DNA of 64,000 nt from Eubacteriales bacterium (GTDB lineage: Bacteria > Bacillota > Clostridia > Oscillospirales > CAG-272). Position 1 is the stretch's first letter. Every line of letters begins with the position of its first letter. A model generated the notes under the pieces. The model was not told the DNA's origin, ran no database searches, and saw only the letters and a program-made list of their open reading frames with translations. The position numbers and the translations under genes are program-made. Positions 17,108-28,000 of this stretch are shown here, piece by piece. The DNA lies in NCBI GenBank assembly GCA_045531455.1, contig JAZSEA010000112.1, positions 16,196 to 80,195 on the forward strand. The letters run 5' to 3'.

Positions 17108-17947
17108 TTAAATCAATTCTTTCAATTTCTTCGCCGCGTCCTTGAAAGCGGTCTTGGCATCGGGATATTTATTTGGATTCTCGAAGGAGCGTCCGACGAG
17201 GGAATTGAGCCCCGAGAAGAGCTCAAGATGCGGCTCGAGCGACACGAAAAAGTCGCCGTCCGCGGCTCTTTTATGTTCCGCGAGAATTTCCGCGATCTTT
17301 GCCTCACCGCATCCGGGCGGTACGATCGCACCCGCGGAGAGAGCGTCCTTGATGTGGAAATACGCGATCCTTTCCTTTTGCAGGCGGTATGCCTCGGGAT
17401 AAGGATCAACGCCTTCAAGGACGTAATTACCCATATCGTAAACGCACATAAGATCGGGGAAGGCATTGAGCAGCTCGCGGCAGCGCGCAGGAATATCGCC
17501 GTAGATCTTCGCCTCGTTTTCGTGGCACAGGATCACGCCGTATTCCTTTGCGAGAGCGAGCATTCTCTCAAGCGCGGAGAAGACCTCGTTCTTCATATCG
17601 ACGATGCTTTTGCCCGCAGGCGCATAAAAGCTGAACATTCTGACGTATTTTGCGCCGAGGATATTTGCGTATTCAAAGACTCTTTTTGCAGTCTCAAAAT
17701 GACCGTCAAGGTCGCCGTCAAGCTTGATCTTGCCGAGAGGCGAGCCGATTGCGGAGACCTTGATCCCGTACTTGTCAAGAAGCCTTTTAGCCTCAAGAAC
17801 CTCATCCTTTGTCAGCTTGGAGATATTCTTTTTGTCAACGTGACGGATCTCGATATGAGATATTCCGAGCTTGCATAAACCCTGAAGCTGTTCCTCGAAG
17901 GAATCCGCGTATTCATCGGCAAACGCCGAAAGTATGATACTTGCCAT
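17108..17947 (-). CDS. Sugar phosphate isomerase/epimerase (xylose isomerase-like TIM barrel)
   Basis: SAFADE, LCHENE, YDMGNY, FHIKDA, SLEPH. Confidence 0.88.
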   Translation of the reverse strand: MASIILSAFADEYADSFEEQLQGLCKLGISHIEIRHVDKKNISKLTKDEVLEAKRLLDKYGIKVSAIGSPLGKIKLDGDLDGHFETAKRVFEYANILGAKYVRMFSFYAPAGKSIVDMKNEVFSALERMLALAKEYGVILCHENEAKIYGDIPARCRELLNAFPDLMCVYDMGNYVLEGVDPYPEAYRLQKERIAYFHIKDALSAGAIVPPGCGEAKIAEILAEHKRAADGDFFVSLEPHLELFSGLNSLVGRSFENPNKYPDAKTAFKDAAKKLKELI

Positions 17948-17949
17948 AT

Positions 17950-18819
17950 TTACACCTTGATTTCGGGGAGCACCTCAGCCTTGCCGCTTTCAAGCGAGCG
18001 CATAATGGCGTTCATAATGAATACGGGAGCGATGAATTCCTCATAAGTGCAGGTCTGCTCGCCGCCACTCAGGATTTCGGCAAATTCCTTGAATTCGCGG
18101 TAATACCAATCGGTGGTCGTCGGGATCTCAAAGGATTTCGATGACTTTTCAGCCATTCTTGCGGCGTAGTAAACGTAAGAGCCGTCGCAGAAAAGACCGA
18201 CGCAATCGTAATTATCATAGTGGAAAAGCACGTTGATAGTTCTGCCGTTTTTCTTTGCCTCGACCGACTTCGGGAATCTGCCGAAGATCTCGCAGACCAT
18301 CTCAACAAGGTGCTGAGCGTAGAAATAAAATCCGCCGTAAGCGTTCTCCGCCTGATAGGGTGCGCGGATGAATCCGCCGAGAGTCTTGCCTCCGTTTTCA
18401 TCGATGGCGTCCTTCTTGAGCTCTGCAACGTGAACGTCCTGCTTGAGTGACGAGCCGCCCGAAATTCTCGTTCCTCGTGCCTTGAGTTCACGCATAAACT
18501 CAACCGCCTCCTCCTCGGAGACCGTGATCGGTTTATCGATGAACATCGGGATTCCGCTTTCGATATAGGGCTTGGCGAATTTGTAATGATCGCCGCCGTG
18601 GCGTGCGGTGATCACGAGACCGTCGATCGCACCGACCGCGCTGTCATAGTTCTCAAGAACGGGAACGCCGAAGGTGTCGCGGAGCTTTTCCGATGCCGCA
18701 GGATCAACGCTGTAAACTCCGATACATTCGATGTCGGAAAATTCCTCATTTCCCTTAATGAATTTCAGAAAAGCGTTTGCGTGCGAATTTTCACAGCCGA
18801 GAATAGCAATTTTCTTCAT
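17950..18819 (-). CDS. Gfo/Idh/MocA family oxidoreductase
   Basis: IAILGCENSH, PMFIDKP, FYAQH. Confidence 0.85.
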   Translation of the reverse strand: MKKIAILGCENSHANAFLKFIKGNEEFSDIECIGVYSVDPAASEKLRDTFGVPVLENYDSAVGAIDGLVITARHGGDHYKFAKPYIESGIPMFIDKPITVSEEEAVEFMRELKARGTRISGGSSLKQDVHVAELKKDAIDENGGKTLGGFIRAPYQAENAYGGFYFYAQHLVEMVCEIFGRFPKSVEAKKNGRTINVLFHYDNYDCVGLFCDGSYVYYAARMAEKSSKSFEIPTTTDWYYREFKEFAEILSGGEQTCTYEEFIAPVFIMNAIMRSLESGKAEVLPEIKV

Positions 18820-18830
18820 TATAATTCTCC

Positions 18831-19901
18831 TTAAAACTTGAGGGGAAGGGGATTATCCGCGTGGACCTTCTCGATAACTCCGATGATCTGTGCCGCCATT
18901 TCGGGAGTGACTGTCATCGGCTTGTCCTCTGTGATCTTGTAGTAGAGCTGTTCATAGAGGGTAGAGGTGCCGACATCGAACGCCGTACCCGAGAATTTGC
19001 CCTCCTCGGTATGCTTGACGAGCTTTTCCGAGCAATAAACGGGTTCGCCGGCGTCGTTTTTGATGAAGGTCTCACAGACCGTCTTCTCGGGGTTCTCACC
19101 GTCAACGATATAGGTCATCTCGTAAGCCGAGGGAGTGCACTTGAAGCATCCGCGCGTACCGAGGATCTTGACGTTGTAGCCCGAGTAAGCATCGATCGAG
19201 GTTACCTCGATATCAACGAGGGGCTTGTTCGGCGTGTCGATAATGATCTTAGCGAAGTCATCCGAGTCGCCGAAGGTCAGAGCGCAGCCGAGCTTGCTGT
19301 ATGCAACGCGTGCATTTTCATCAAAATCAAGGAATCCGAGCGCGAGACCGATCGGGTGGGGACCCGTGTTGTAAACGCCGCCCGCGCACTTTTTCTGCAG
19401 AGTTTGCCAGTCCCATCGGCGCGCAAAGCCGTTGTAGCGGATGCTGATCTGCTTGATCTCGCCGAGCTTGCCCGATTTTGCGAGTTCGTATGCGAAGGGA
19501 TAGAAGGGCGCGAGGAAGGTTTGCTGGAATACCGCGAGGGTCACTCCCTTGTCCTTTGCGATCTTGATGAGCTCATCGCACTCATATCTCGAGCGCGCAA
19601 AGGGCTTTTCAACGAGCACGTTGAAGCCGTGAAGAAGGAGATCCTTCGTGATCGGATAATGCATTTCCGAATAGGTTGAATTGACGACGAGATCGATGTC
19701 ATCGAGAGCAAAAAGCTCGCGGTAGTCGGAGAAAGTCTTACAACCGGGATAGATCTCCTCGGCTACCGAGCGGCGGAATTCGTCCGCATCAACAACGTAT
19801 TTTACGTTGTAATAAAGATTTGCGTCACTGCGGTAATATTTTCCGTGGATGTTCTTACCGCTTCTGCCTTGACCGATGATGGCGAGATTGAGTTTTTTCA
19901 T
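18831..19901 (-). CDS. Gfo/Idh/MocA family oxidoreductase
   Basis: IIGQGRSG, VLVEKP, GGVYNTGPH. Confidence 0.9.
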   Translation of the reverse strand: MKKLNLAIIGQGRSGKNIHGKYYRSDANLYYNVKYVVDADEFRRSVAEEIYPGCKTFSDYRELFALDDIDLVVNSTYSEMHYPITKDLLLHGFNVLVEKPFARSRYECDELIKIAKDKGVTLAVFQQTFLAPFYPFAYELAKSGKLGEIKQISIRYNGFARRWDWQTLQKKCAGGVYNTGPHPIGLALGFLDFDENARVAYSKLGCALTFGDSDDFAKIIIDTPNKPLVDIEVTSIDAYSGYNVKILGTRGCFKCTPSAYEMTYIVDGENPEKTVCETFIKNDAGEPVYCSEKLVKHTEEGKFSGTAFDVGTSTLYEQLYYKITEDKPMTVTPEMAAQIIGVIEKVHADNPLPLKF

Positions 19902-19913
19902 AACCGATTCTCC

Positions 19914-21359
19914 TTATTTTTGTTTTTTCCAGATGAGGGGATTGAGTCCGAGAAGCAGGGGGAATACCTCGAGTCTTCCGAGGAGCATTGCAAACGTCAG
20001 CAGGATGGTTGCTCCGTCCGAATAAGCGGCAAAGCTCGACGCAGGACCCACTCCGCCGAATCCGGGACCTACGTTGTTGAAGCAGGTCAGCACCGCGGTG
20101 AAGTTGGTCTCAAAATCAAAGGGCTCGAAGGAAAGCAGTATATATATTATGACGATGCAGAATATATAAGCCGCAAAATAAGACGTAACTCCCGTCAGCG
20201 TTGTATCGTCAAGTCTCTTGCCCTCGGACATTACTGCCTTGACCGATCGCGGATGGAGAAGCTTCTTGAGCTCTCTGCGTACCGATTTGATCAGAATTAC
20301 AACACGCACAGCCTTGAAACCGCCGGCGGTAGAACCCGCGCATCCGCCGATGACCATCAGAAGTAAGAGAAGTGATTTTGCGAAATTCGGCCAGATGTTG
20401 AAGTCGGCAGTTGCAAAGCCTGTTGTTGAAACTATCGACGATGCCTGGAAAGCCGCGTGTCTCAGAGCCTCCGAGAAGGAGGGGTAGAGAGGGAGGATAC
20501 TGACCGTAATTCCCGCAATACATAATAGAACGAGACCCGCGAAGAACCACAGCTCATCACTTCCGAGCGCCGCGCGGAATTTTCGCACGAGAAGAAGGTA
20601 ATAAAGGTTGAAGTTTATTGCAAAGACGAGCATAAAGACTGTGATCACCCATTGCAGATAGGGCGAATAGGATCCGACGCTGTCCGCCTTGATGCCGAAG
20701 CCGCCCGTTCCTGCAGTTCCGAGAGCGTGAATGATACTGTCAAATACAGGCATTCCACCCGAAACGAGCAGAACAAAAAGGATCGCGGTCAATCCGAAAT
20801 ATATCCAATAAAGGATCTTGGCGGTGTCTCTTGAGCGGGGGACGAGCTTACCGACAGTCGGACCCGGCATTTCTGCCTTAAGGACGTTGAGCGAGCGGTC
20901 GGCAATGTTCGGGAGTATCGCCGTTACGAGAACTATGATTCCCATACCGCCGACCCAATGTGTGAAGCTGCGCCAGAAAAGCATACAGCGGTCGAGGGCT
21001 TCAACGTCGGTCAGAATCGATGCACCCGTGGTCGTAAAACCGCTGACGGTTTCAAAGAATGCGTCGATATATGAGGGGATCGCTCCGCCGAGAACAAAGG
21101 GAATTGCTCCGATGGCGGACATAAGAAGCCAGGCGTATGCAACGATTGCGAAGCCCTCGCGTGCGTATATCAGCCTGCTTTTCGGTTTTGCAAAAACTCT
21201 GAAAAGCATTCCGACTCCGAGGGCAAGAGCGGCTGTTATAATGAAAGAGATGCCGCTCTTCTCAAGATATATCAGAGCCACCAGCGCGGGCAAGAGCAAC
21301 AGAACAGCCTCCGCTATTGCAATGTACCCAATGGTGTAAAAGATCATTCTGCGATTCAT
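19914..21359 (-). CDS. trkH: Trk potassium uptake membrane protein
   Basis: FETVSGFTTTGAS, WVGGMG, TAGTGGF, STTGF, GGCAGSTAGG, NNVGPG pore loops. Confidence 0.96.
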   Translation of the reverse strand: MNRRMIFYTIGYIAIAEAVLLLLPALVALIYLEKSGISFIITAALALGVGMLFRVFAKPKSRLIYAREGFAIVAYAWLLMSAIGAIPFVLGGAIPSYIDAFFETVSGFTTTGASILTDVEALDRCMLFWRSFTHWVGGMGIIVLVTAILPNIADRSLNVLKAEMPGPTVGKLVPRSRDTAKILYWIYFGLTAILFVLLVSGGMPVFDSIIHALGTAGTGGFGIKADSVGSYSPYLQWVITVFMLVFAINFNLYYLLLVRKFRAALGSDELWFFAGLVLLCIAGITVSILPLYPSFSEALRHAAFQASSIVSTTGFATADFNIWPNFAKSLLLLLMVIGGCAGSTAGGFKAVRVVILIKSVRRELKKLLHPRSVKAVMSEGKRLDDTTLTGVTSYFAAYIFCIVIIYILLSFEPFDFETNFTAVLTCFNNVGPGFGGVGPASSFAAYSDGATILLTFAMLLGRLEVFPLLLGLNPLIWKKQK

Positions 21360-21373
21360 ATTCCGCCTCCGTA

Positions 21374-22732
21374 TTATTCGATAATATCCGAGAGGTCGTA
21401 GAGACGGTGATTTGCTGCAATGACGATGACCTTGTCGCCCGGGAGGATGATATCGTTACCGCTCGGGACGATCGGCTTGCGGTTGCGGAGGATGCCCGCT
21501 ATAAGAATATTTTGCTTGAATCTTATATCCTTGAGAGCCTTTCCCGCGTGCTTGAAGTCGGGGCGGACGTTGAATTCGAGTGCTTCCGCCTTGCCGTCCA
21601 TGATTTTATAAAGCTTTTCGACGTTACTTCCGACCGAATTTCCGAGCGCACGTGCGTATCTTAGCATTTCGTCGGCAACTGTCTGTATCGGCGAGATTAT
21701 CGTATCGATGCCGAGCTTGCCCGCGATAGGATAGAACTCGGGGCGGTTGACCTTTGCAATTACCTTCGGCACGTTCTGTGAGGTAGCAAAATATGAAATA
21801 AGGATGTTGTTTTCGTCGTATCCCGTAAGTGACACGAATGCATCGGTCTGTCCGAGACCCTCCTCGATGAGCATATCCTGATTTGCTCCGTCGCCGTGGA
21901 TGACTGTGACACCCGGAAGAGACTCGGCAAATTCGGCGCATCTTGCTTCGTCCTTGTCGATAACGGTGACCTTTGTGCCCGCGGATATGAGATTGCTCGA
22001 GAGGTAGTATGCGATCCTGCTTGCGCCGAGGATCATAACGCTCTTGGTCTTCCTTGTGATAAGGTCAAAGCTTCGGAGAAGCTTACCGATCTCGTTCGGG
22101 GCGGCGGTAAGCGCGATCCTGTCGCCGTCCTCGAGTACAAATCGTCCGTCGGGAATGATAACCTCATTCTTGCGCAGAACGGCACAGATAAGGAACTTGC
22201 CGGGGCTTCTCTTGCGCAGATCGATCATTGTCATACCCGCGAGAGGTGATTTATCGCCCAGGATCATCTCAACGATCTCGAATTTGTTCGAGTCAAAGGT
22301 ATCGATATTGATAGCCGAGGGGAATCTCAGTATGTTCGCGATATTATGTGCGGTAGCCATCTCGGGATTGATCGCCATGGAAAGCTGAAGCTGTCCTGCC
22401 ATAAAGCCGAGGCTCTTGTCGTTGTATTCGCGGTCACGTATACGTGCGACCGTGTTTTTTGCGCCGAGAGTTCGCGCGATAAAGCAGGAGAGCATATTTA
22501 GCTCGTCCGATCCCGTGACGCTTATGACGATATCGGCTTTGGCGGCACCCGCTTCCGCAAGCACCTCGCAGTCGGTTCCGATACCGCAAAGACCGATTAC
22601 GTCAAATGTATTCGTTGCTTCTTCTATTACCGAGGGATCTTTATCAATGACTGCAACGTCGTGTCCCTCCGAGACGAGGCTTTCGATAAGACTTTTGCCT
22701 ATCTTTCCGCATCCGACAATAATAATTTTCAT
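21374..22732 (-). CDS. trkA: Trk potassium uptake NAD-binding protein
   Basis: MKIIIVGCGKIG, two RCK-N/RCK-C repeats, adjacent to trkH. Confidence 0.96.
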   Translation of the reverse strand: MKIIIVGCGKIGKSLIESLVSEGHDVAVIDKDPSVIEEATNTFDVIGLCGIGTDCEVLAEAGAAKADIVISVTGSDELNMLSCFIARTLGAKNTVARIRDREYNDKSLGFMAGQLQLSMAINPEMATAHNIANILRFPSAINIDTFDSNKFEIVEMILGDKSPLAGMTMIDLRKRSPGKFLICAVLRKNEVIIPDGRFVLEDGDRIALTAAPNEIGKLLRSFDLITRKTKSVMILGASRIAYYLSSNLISAGTKVTVIDKDEARCAEFAESLPGVTVIHGDGANQDMLIEEGLGQTDAFVSLTGYDENNILISYFATSQNVPKVIAKVNRPEFYPIAGKLGIDTIISPIQTVADEMLRYARALGNSVGSNVEKLYKIMDGKAEALEFNVRPDFKHAGKALKDIRFKQNILIAGILRNRKPIVPSGNDIILPGDKVIVIAANHRLYDLSDIIE

Positions 22733-22751
22733 TTTTTACTCCAACGATATG

Positions 22752-24779
22752 TTAATTTTTCGAGTCGGGGATATAGTTTTGATATATCCAATTTAGTCTT
22801 CCGAGAGGTGCAACGTCGCCGTAAAGGTAAAAGTCCTCCATAGCCGAGTACTTTGTTTGGGCATCGGAATCAGCCCATTTGAATTCGATGTAAATCTCTT
22901 CGCAGTTATTAATACCGATCATTTTGAGAGGGACTGAGATCATCATCTCGTTGCCTTCGATCCTGTAAGATACCTCTCCGATCTCGGAAGTCTCAAGAAA
23001 TCCGTCCTTCGAGGAGCAGGATGCTACCGACGTGGTATTTTCGCTCTTTGCTGTGGCGTTGATGAGGAAATCGTAGCCGTACCAGCCGTCGGAAGGATCG
23101 TTGTTTGTGTTGACGAAAAGCTGCATCCAGGAATGATCGGGGTCGAATTCCGAGATATCCTTGGCGCATCTGACGTAGAAATATAGATTTTCGGTATCAT
23201 TCGTGACCTTTGCTTCGACTATGTCGTTTTTTCCGGAGCTATCGGAGCTTACCTTGTTTCCGAAGGCTTTACCTGTGCGGTTCTTTGCGTCGCCCTCGGG
23301 ATCGGTGTAGGAGACGATGACATCCTGCCACTGATCGAATCCGCCCTCAAGATCGATCTTGTTTCTCGCATCCTGAAGGATGACGGGAGCCGAGCCCTTG
23401 AGTCGCTGTACGTTCAGGATAAGCTGCATATAGTAGTTGTCGAAGTAACCGCCGCGCATCATTTCGGCATCGCGGCTGAACTCCACAGATGCGGTATCAA
23501 CGAAGTAAACGAAGCTGTCGTCACCGCGCAGAGCTTTACCGTTCTGCCTCTGAGCGACCCATTCGTTCCAACCCGTGACGAGAACGTAGGGAACGTTTGT
23601 AGCGATCGCGCGGTCCCATTGAGCCTGGAAGTTGAGGCCGAGATTAGTGATTGAATTATCTGCATCAAATGCTGCTCGGTACGCCTCCATAGAGACGTTA
23701 TCGCCCTTTGTGGCATTGAAGCTGCGTCCGCGGTTGTAGGCGTAGCCGTAGAGAGAGGAATCCGAGAAGGTGACCGATTTATTATGCTGTGCGATCGAAA
23801 CGCTGATCGCGCTCGGATTGCCGAGCTTGTCGCTGAAGATCCTCTGCGGCCATTCGAAATCCATCCAGGGCCAACCGTTCTGTTTGTAGCCCTCGTTTGG
23901 CCATTGAGCGTTTTTTACCGTGAAGAAATCATTTATGTTGCCCTCCTCAACTCCGATGATACAGGGCTTGCCGTCAACGAGAAACCAGGTATCGGAGTAG
24001 AGATTCTTCGAGTAGATTTCATCGTACAGCTGTTTCATCACTTTTGCAGAGTTGGAATTCGTGTAGAAAACGACCTGCGGCGCATCGTAGCCCTGCTCGT
24101 TCAACTCGTGGCAGGTCTTCATAACCTTGAGTGCGTTGTCCTTGTAGATGTAGCCGTTCGTTACGTCAAAGTAGAGAAAGTCGATGTTGGCGTTTGAAAG
24201 CAGCTCCATATGCTTGCGGATGACCCAGGCGTCGCTTGCATAGTAGTAGCCGTAAAGAGGCTCGGCGAACCAATGCATATCTCCGACATTTCCGTATATC
24301 TTCTTTCCCGTCTCGGGATCCTTGGCATTGGCATCCTTTGCAAGGTCTCCGTACGTGTTCTTGATCTTTTCCAGATCGTAAACGCCGTTGTCGCCGTGTT
24401 CACCGTGCCAGAGAAAGTAGAAGAGTCCCACGTAATGCTCGCCGTTCGAGCCGTAGATGCCCGTTGTCAGCGAAGTAGGAAGAGTCCGTCCGACGTCATC
24501 GGTAGCCGCAAAGCCGCCCGAAAGATAGTTGGCATTATTCGGAACGGTGTAGCTGACTCTCTCGCCTTTATGCATATATGAGATCTCGACGGTCTTGCCG
24601 TCGGGGCTCGTCTCGAATTTCAGAGTGCCCTCGTAATTGTTATCGGGATTTTCGTACACGGTTCCTTCTCCTTCGCTGCTTGTACTTTCGGGTATATCCT
24701 CGCTGTCGGCACAGGCGCCCATAAACGAAAGCGCGAGGAACAGAGAGGAGAATAATAAAATTTGTAATAACCTTTTCAA
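22752..24779 (-). CDS. Secreted glycoside hydrolase-like protein (GH99/GH71-like barrel plus C-terminal domain)
   Basis: Signal peptide; VGLFYFLWHG, PLYGYY, IDFLYFDVTNG, VTGWNEW motifs. Confidence 0.65.
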   Translation of the reverse strand: MKRLLQILLFSSLFLALSFMGACADSEDIPESTSSEGEGTVYENPDNNYEGTLKFETSPDGKTVEISYMHKGERVSYTVPNNANYLSGGFAATDDVGRTLPTSLTTGIYGSNGEHYVGLFYFLWHGEHGDNGVYDLEKIKNTYGDLAKDANAKDPETGKKIYGNVGDMHWFAEPLYGYYYASDAWVIRKHMELLSNANIDFLYFDVTNGYIYKDNALKVMKTCHELNEQGYDAPQVVFYTNSNSAKVMKQLYDEIYSKNLYSDTWFLVDGKPCIIGVEEGNINDFFTVKNAQWPNEGYKQNGWPWMDFEWPQRIFSDKLGNPSAISVSIAQHNKSVTFSDSSLYGYAYNRGRSFNATKGDNVSMEAYRAAFDADNSITNLGLNFQAQWDRAIATNVPYVLVTGWNEWVAQRQNGKALRGDDSFVYFVDTASVEFSRDAEMMRGGYFDNYYMQLILNVQRLKGSAPVILQDARNKIDLEGGFDQWQDVIVSYTDPEGDAKNRTGKAFGNKVSSDSSGKNDIVEAKVTNDTENLYFYVRCAKDISEFDPDHSWMQLFVNTNNDPSDGWYGYDFLINATAKSENTTSVASCSSKDGFLETSEIGEVSYRIEGNEMMISVPLKMIGINNCEEIYIEFKWADSDAQTKYSAMEDFYLYGDVAPLGRLNWIYQNYIPDSKN

Positions 24780-24873
24780 AGCCGATAATCTCCGTCTAAA
24801 TATATATAATTTATTATAGCATTTTTAACGCTGTTTTGCAATAGTTTATATAATATTTTTATACTCGAGCGGG

Positions 24874-24902
24874 TTGACTTGCTTGAATTTGTGTGTTATA
24901 AT
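24874..24902 (+). promoter_or_regulatory. SigmaA promoter
   Basis: TTGACT-N17-TATAAT with TG extension. Confidence 0.7.
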
Positions 24903-24931
24903 TAGTCATCAATTAATTAACGGAGACGAAA

Positions 24932-26080
24932 ATGAAGGAAAAAATTAAGAGACCGGCGGCATTCGCGGCGGTTTTGCTTCTGATATTGACGCTCATTCCG
25001 ACCGCGCAAGCGGAGAAGGTCACGTATTCGGATACCAAAAACTCTGGCGTGCGCGACGAGATATGTCTTTCCCTCGAGGGCACGGGGGCAGAGAGCTATT
25101 ACACGGGCGATAACAGCTACGAAAGTCTTTCAAAGCTTGCAGAGAGCGAGCTCCTTTCGAGCCTGCGTGCGCTTATGACCGAAACACATAAGTATAAATC
25201 GTCATACGCCGATTCCAAAAATTACGCCGACGAGACCGACTGTCAGAAGGGTGACGGAAGCATCACTCTGCTTTATACCTCGTCCGTCGTGCAGTTTTCC
25301 GACTTCATCGGCTCGGGAAGCATTGGCTGGAACCGCGAGCACGTTTGGCCGAAGAGCCTCGGCGGATTTGATAACACGGGCGCGGGCGCGGATCTCCACC
25401 ACATCCGCCCCGACGATGTGACGACCAATGCCAAAAGAGGTAATCTGAAATACGGAAATGCGGAGAACGGCGTTGAGGTCAAGGGTTCGTCTCTTGTCAG
25501 CGGTGCGCTCGGCGGCAGATCGAGCGGAGGGTATTTCGAGCCGCTCGATAACGTCAAGGGCGACGTCGCGCGGATCTGTCTCTACGTTTACGTCCGCTAC
25601 GGCGGCGAGCTTTCGAAATGCTCGAGCATAACCAACGTTTTCGAGAGCGTTGACGTTCTTCTTGATTGGTGTGAAAGCGACCCCGTTGACACCTGGGAAA
25701 TGGGCAGAAACGAGGTCATCGGTAAGATCCAGGGCAACCGAAACGTATTCATCGACTACCCCGAATTCGCGTTTCTTCTTTTTGGACGCGAAATTCCCTC
25801 GGATATGACTACCCCCTCGGGAATGGCAAAGACTCCCGCCGAGACAACCGCCGAGATCACGACCGAAGCTGTGACGGAAGTCGAAACCACCGCCGAGATC
25901 ATGACGGAAGAGGCGACCGAGGCCGATGCCGTTACGACCGAAATCCCTGAAGTGAACGTTACCGTTAGCGACGTGATCACCGAACCCGAGAGCGAAAAAG
26001 GCTGCGCATCGATCTCCGCTTACTGCCTGATAATGATGATAATCCCGCTTGCATTTGCTTTAAAACGGAAAAACAAATAA
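24932..26080 (+). CDS. Secreted endonuclease I family nuclease, C-terminally anchored
   Basis: WNREHVWPKS, DLHHIRP, N..RGN, KGDVAR, QGNRNVFID; Thr/Glu linker and TM tail. Confidence 0.92.
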   Translation: MKEKIKRPAAFAAVLLLILTLIPTAQAEKVTYSDTKNSGVRDEICLSLEGTGAESYYTGDNSYESLSKLAESELLSSLRALMTETHKYKSSYADSKNYADETDCQKGDGSITLLYTSSVVQFSDFIGSGSIGWNREHVWPKSLGGFDNTGAGADLHHIRPDDVTTNAKRGNLKYGNAENGVEVKGSSLVSGALGGRSSGGYFEPLDNVKGDVARICLYVYVRYGGELSKCSSITNVFESVDVLLDWCESDPVDTWEMGRNEVIGKIQGNRNVFIDYPEFAFLLFGREIPSDMTTPSGMAKTPAETTAEITTEAVTEVETTAEIMTEEATEADAVTTEIPEVNVTVSDVITEPESEKGCASISAYCLIMMIIPLAFALKRKNK

Positions 26081-26110
26081 AAGATGCCGACCTCGAGGTC
26101 GGCATCTTTT
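26078..26110. terminator. Bidirectional intrinsic terminator
   Basis: AAAAGATGCCGACC-TCGA-GGTCGGCATCTTTT. Confidence 0.85.
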
Positions 26111-27041
26111 ATACAAATCTGTCAAACCATATAAGAAGCTCTTCGCGCATAACGCGGGTCACGCTGTGCTTTACGCCTTCGAACTCGTGATATTCGGCGT
26201 AGCATCCCGCGCGGCGGATCGAATCGATATATTCGCGCGACATAACGGGATCAACGGTCTTGTCGTCCGCGCCCTGCCATATCTTCACGGGGCAGGGAGG
26301 AATGACAGCTCGCTTACCCTCTTCATTAAGGAAAGACCGTGTGCGATAGGGATCAAAGCCCACGGTGTTTTCATCGCACCATTCATCGGACGGAAAACGA
26401 AAATATTCGATGATCTTTTCGCGGTAGGGATGACCCTTTGCCGTGACTCTGTCCCAGGGATTGCGGCAGATATGATCACCGACCGTCACCGCGTTCAGAT
26501 TGAGACCCGGATTGAAAAGCCCGAGCGCGACTGTGATCGCGGGGAAGGTGTTGGCGAAATTGATTGCGGTCTGACCGCCCATCGAGGAGCCCGCAACGAA
26601 AACTCTTTCGGAAAGATTGTAATTCCCTATCGCGTGGCGGTAAGCCTTGAAGAGAGCGAAAACATGCTCGGGACAGCCGAGAGTCAAGCCGTGCGGTGCA
26701 CAACCGCAGATATCGAGAACGGCATATCCCGCCTTGAGACATTCAAAGGCGTAGGGAATTCCGCCGATCATTGACCTTTCCGCGCTTACTGTCGGTCCCG
26801 CACCGTGACAGGAGAGGATGAGCGGAGTCTCATCGCCGTCATCGGTATAGGAATCGGGCAGACAAAGCACGGCTTCGCATTCTGCAAATTCCTCGCGGTC
26901 GAGAACGGCATTCTTGGTCGATCCGCTTATCTCGCGGAAATTATTGAAGCGTGCCTTGAAATAAATATACTCACGCTCGAAAGCGTTAGACATCGGCTCG
27001 CCGCTTTTGTCACAGGGAATGATTACTTTTCTGATATCCAT
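26109..27041 (-). CDS. Alpha/beta hydrolase (S9-like)
   Basis: LSCHGAG, GSSMGG nucleophile elbow, WQGADD, GVKH. Confidence 0.85.
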   Translation of the reverse strand: MDIRKVIIPCDKSGEPMSNAFEREYIYFKARFNNFREISGSTKNAVLDREEFAECEAVLCLPDSYTDDGDETPLILSCHGAGPTVSAERSMIGGIPYAFECLKAGYAVLDICGCAPHGLTLGCPEHVFALFKAYRHAIGNYNLSERVFVAGSSMGGQTAINFANTFPAITVALGLFNPGLNLNAVTVGDHICRNPWDRVTAKGHPYREKIIEYFRFPSDEWCDENTVGFDPYRTRSFLNEEGKRAVIPPCPVKIWQGADDKTVDPVMSREYIDSIRRAGCYAEYHEFEGVKHSVTRVMREELLIWFDRFV

Positions 27042-27043
27042 CG

Positions 27044-28000
27044 TCAGTTCAGATGATCGACGAGCTTTACTGCACCGTCGGTGAGAAATTTGATATTTGC
27101 TTTGTTGAAGACGGTATCATGCTTTGTGTGGATCTTATCCATATAAAGCGCGCGTAAAGCCTTTGAATATTTCAGCGAAGCCACGCCGACGCCGCCCTTG
27201 AAGTTGGCTTGATCGGAGGGATAGAAAACGCCTTTCGACGCTATATCGACCTTGAAATAATCGTCGGGAACGAAGCTCTTCTCAAGCGCCGGGATATATT
27301 TTTTCGCCTTTTGCTTGACGGCAAAGAGGATCGTGTCGCCGTCCGAAACGCAGTCGAAGTTGAGAAGGAGCTTGTCCTTCATAGCCTTTTTGTGCTTGGA
27401 TGCAAAGCCGGACGAACCGAAAAGCCCCATCTCCTCGAGATCAAAGAAAACGAAGCAGATCTCGTCCCTTTTCTCCGCGGGAAGTGCCTGCATGATCTCG
27501 ATCAGAGTGATGACTCCCGATGTGTTGTCGTTAGCAGTATGCTTGTTAGCGGGACCGTTCATAAGAAGATAGAATACGGCAAAATACGCTATCAGCGGAA
27601 CGAACGCGGCAACCGAATCGACAACGCTCTGATGTACCTTGAGTAAGCCGAGGACGGTGCCGATCAGTATACCCGCGCCAAATGCGGCGGCTAACAAAAC
27701 CGCGATCAGAACGGCGGTTATCAGCAGCTGATAAAGAAGATAGTAGAGAAAATTCTTCGGTGTAATGAAATTCGGAAAGGGCAGTCGGGCACAGGTGTCG
27801 TAATGCGCGGTGTATACGGCTTTTGCCGTTGCAGGATCGCCGATGACGATATTCCGCGCACCGAAGGAGCCCTTTTCGACGCGGTGGGAATACCCCTCTT
27901 TTTCGGCGAATTCCTTGATATAATCAATAAATCCGTCCTTTTGCTTTTTTGATTTTCTAACTTGGAATTTTTCAAAAACGTATTCGGATACGGGAGTCAT
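27044..28000 (-). CDS. M28 family peptidase with inserted TM hairpin
   Basis: TAHYDT, ANDNTSGV, DLEEMGLFGS, NFDCV, SDQ, IHT..D. Confidence 0.9.
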   Translation of the reverse strand: MTPVSEYVFEKFQVRKSKKQKDGFIDYIKEFAEKEGYSHRVEKGSFGARNIVIGDPATAKAVYTAHYDTCARLPFPNFITPKNFLYYLLYQLLITAVLIAVLLAAAFGAGILIGTVLGLLKVHQSVVDSVAAFVPLIAYFAVFYLLMNGPANKHTANDNTSGVITLIEIMQALPAEKRDEICFVFFDLEEMGLFGSSGFASKHKKAMKDKLLLNFDCVSDGDTILFAVKQKAKKYIPALEKSFVPDDYFKVDIASKGVFYPSDQANFKGGVGVASLKYSKALRALYMDKIHTKHDTVFNKANIKFLTDGAVKLVDHLN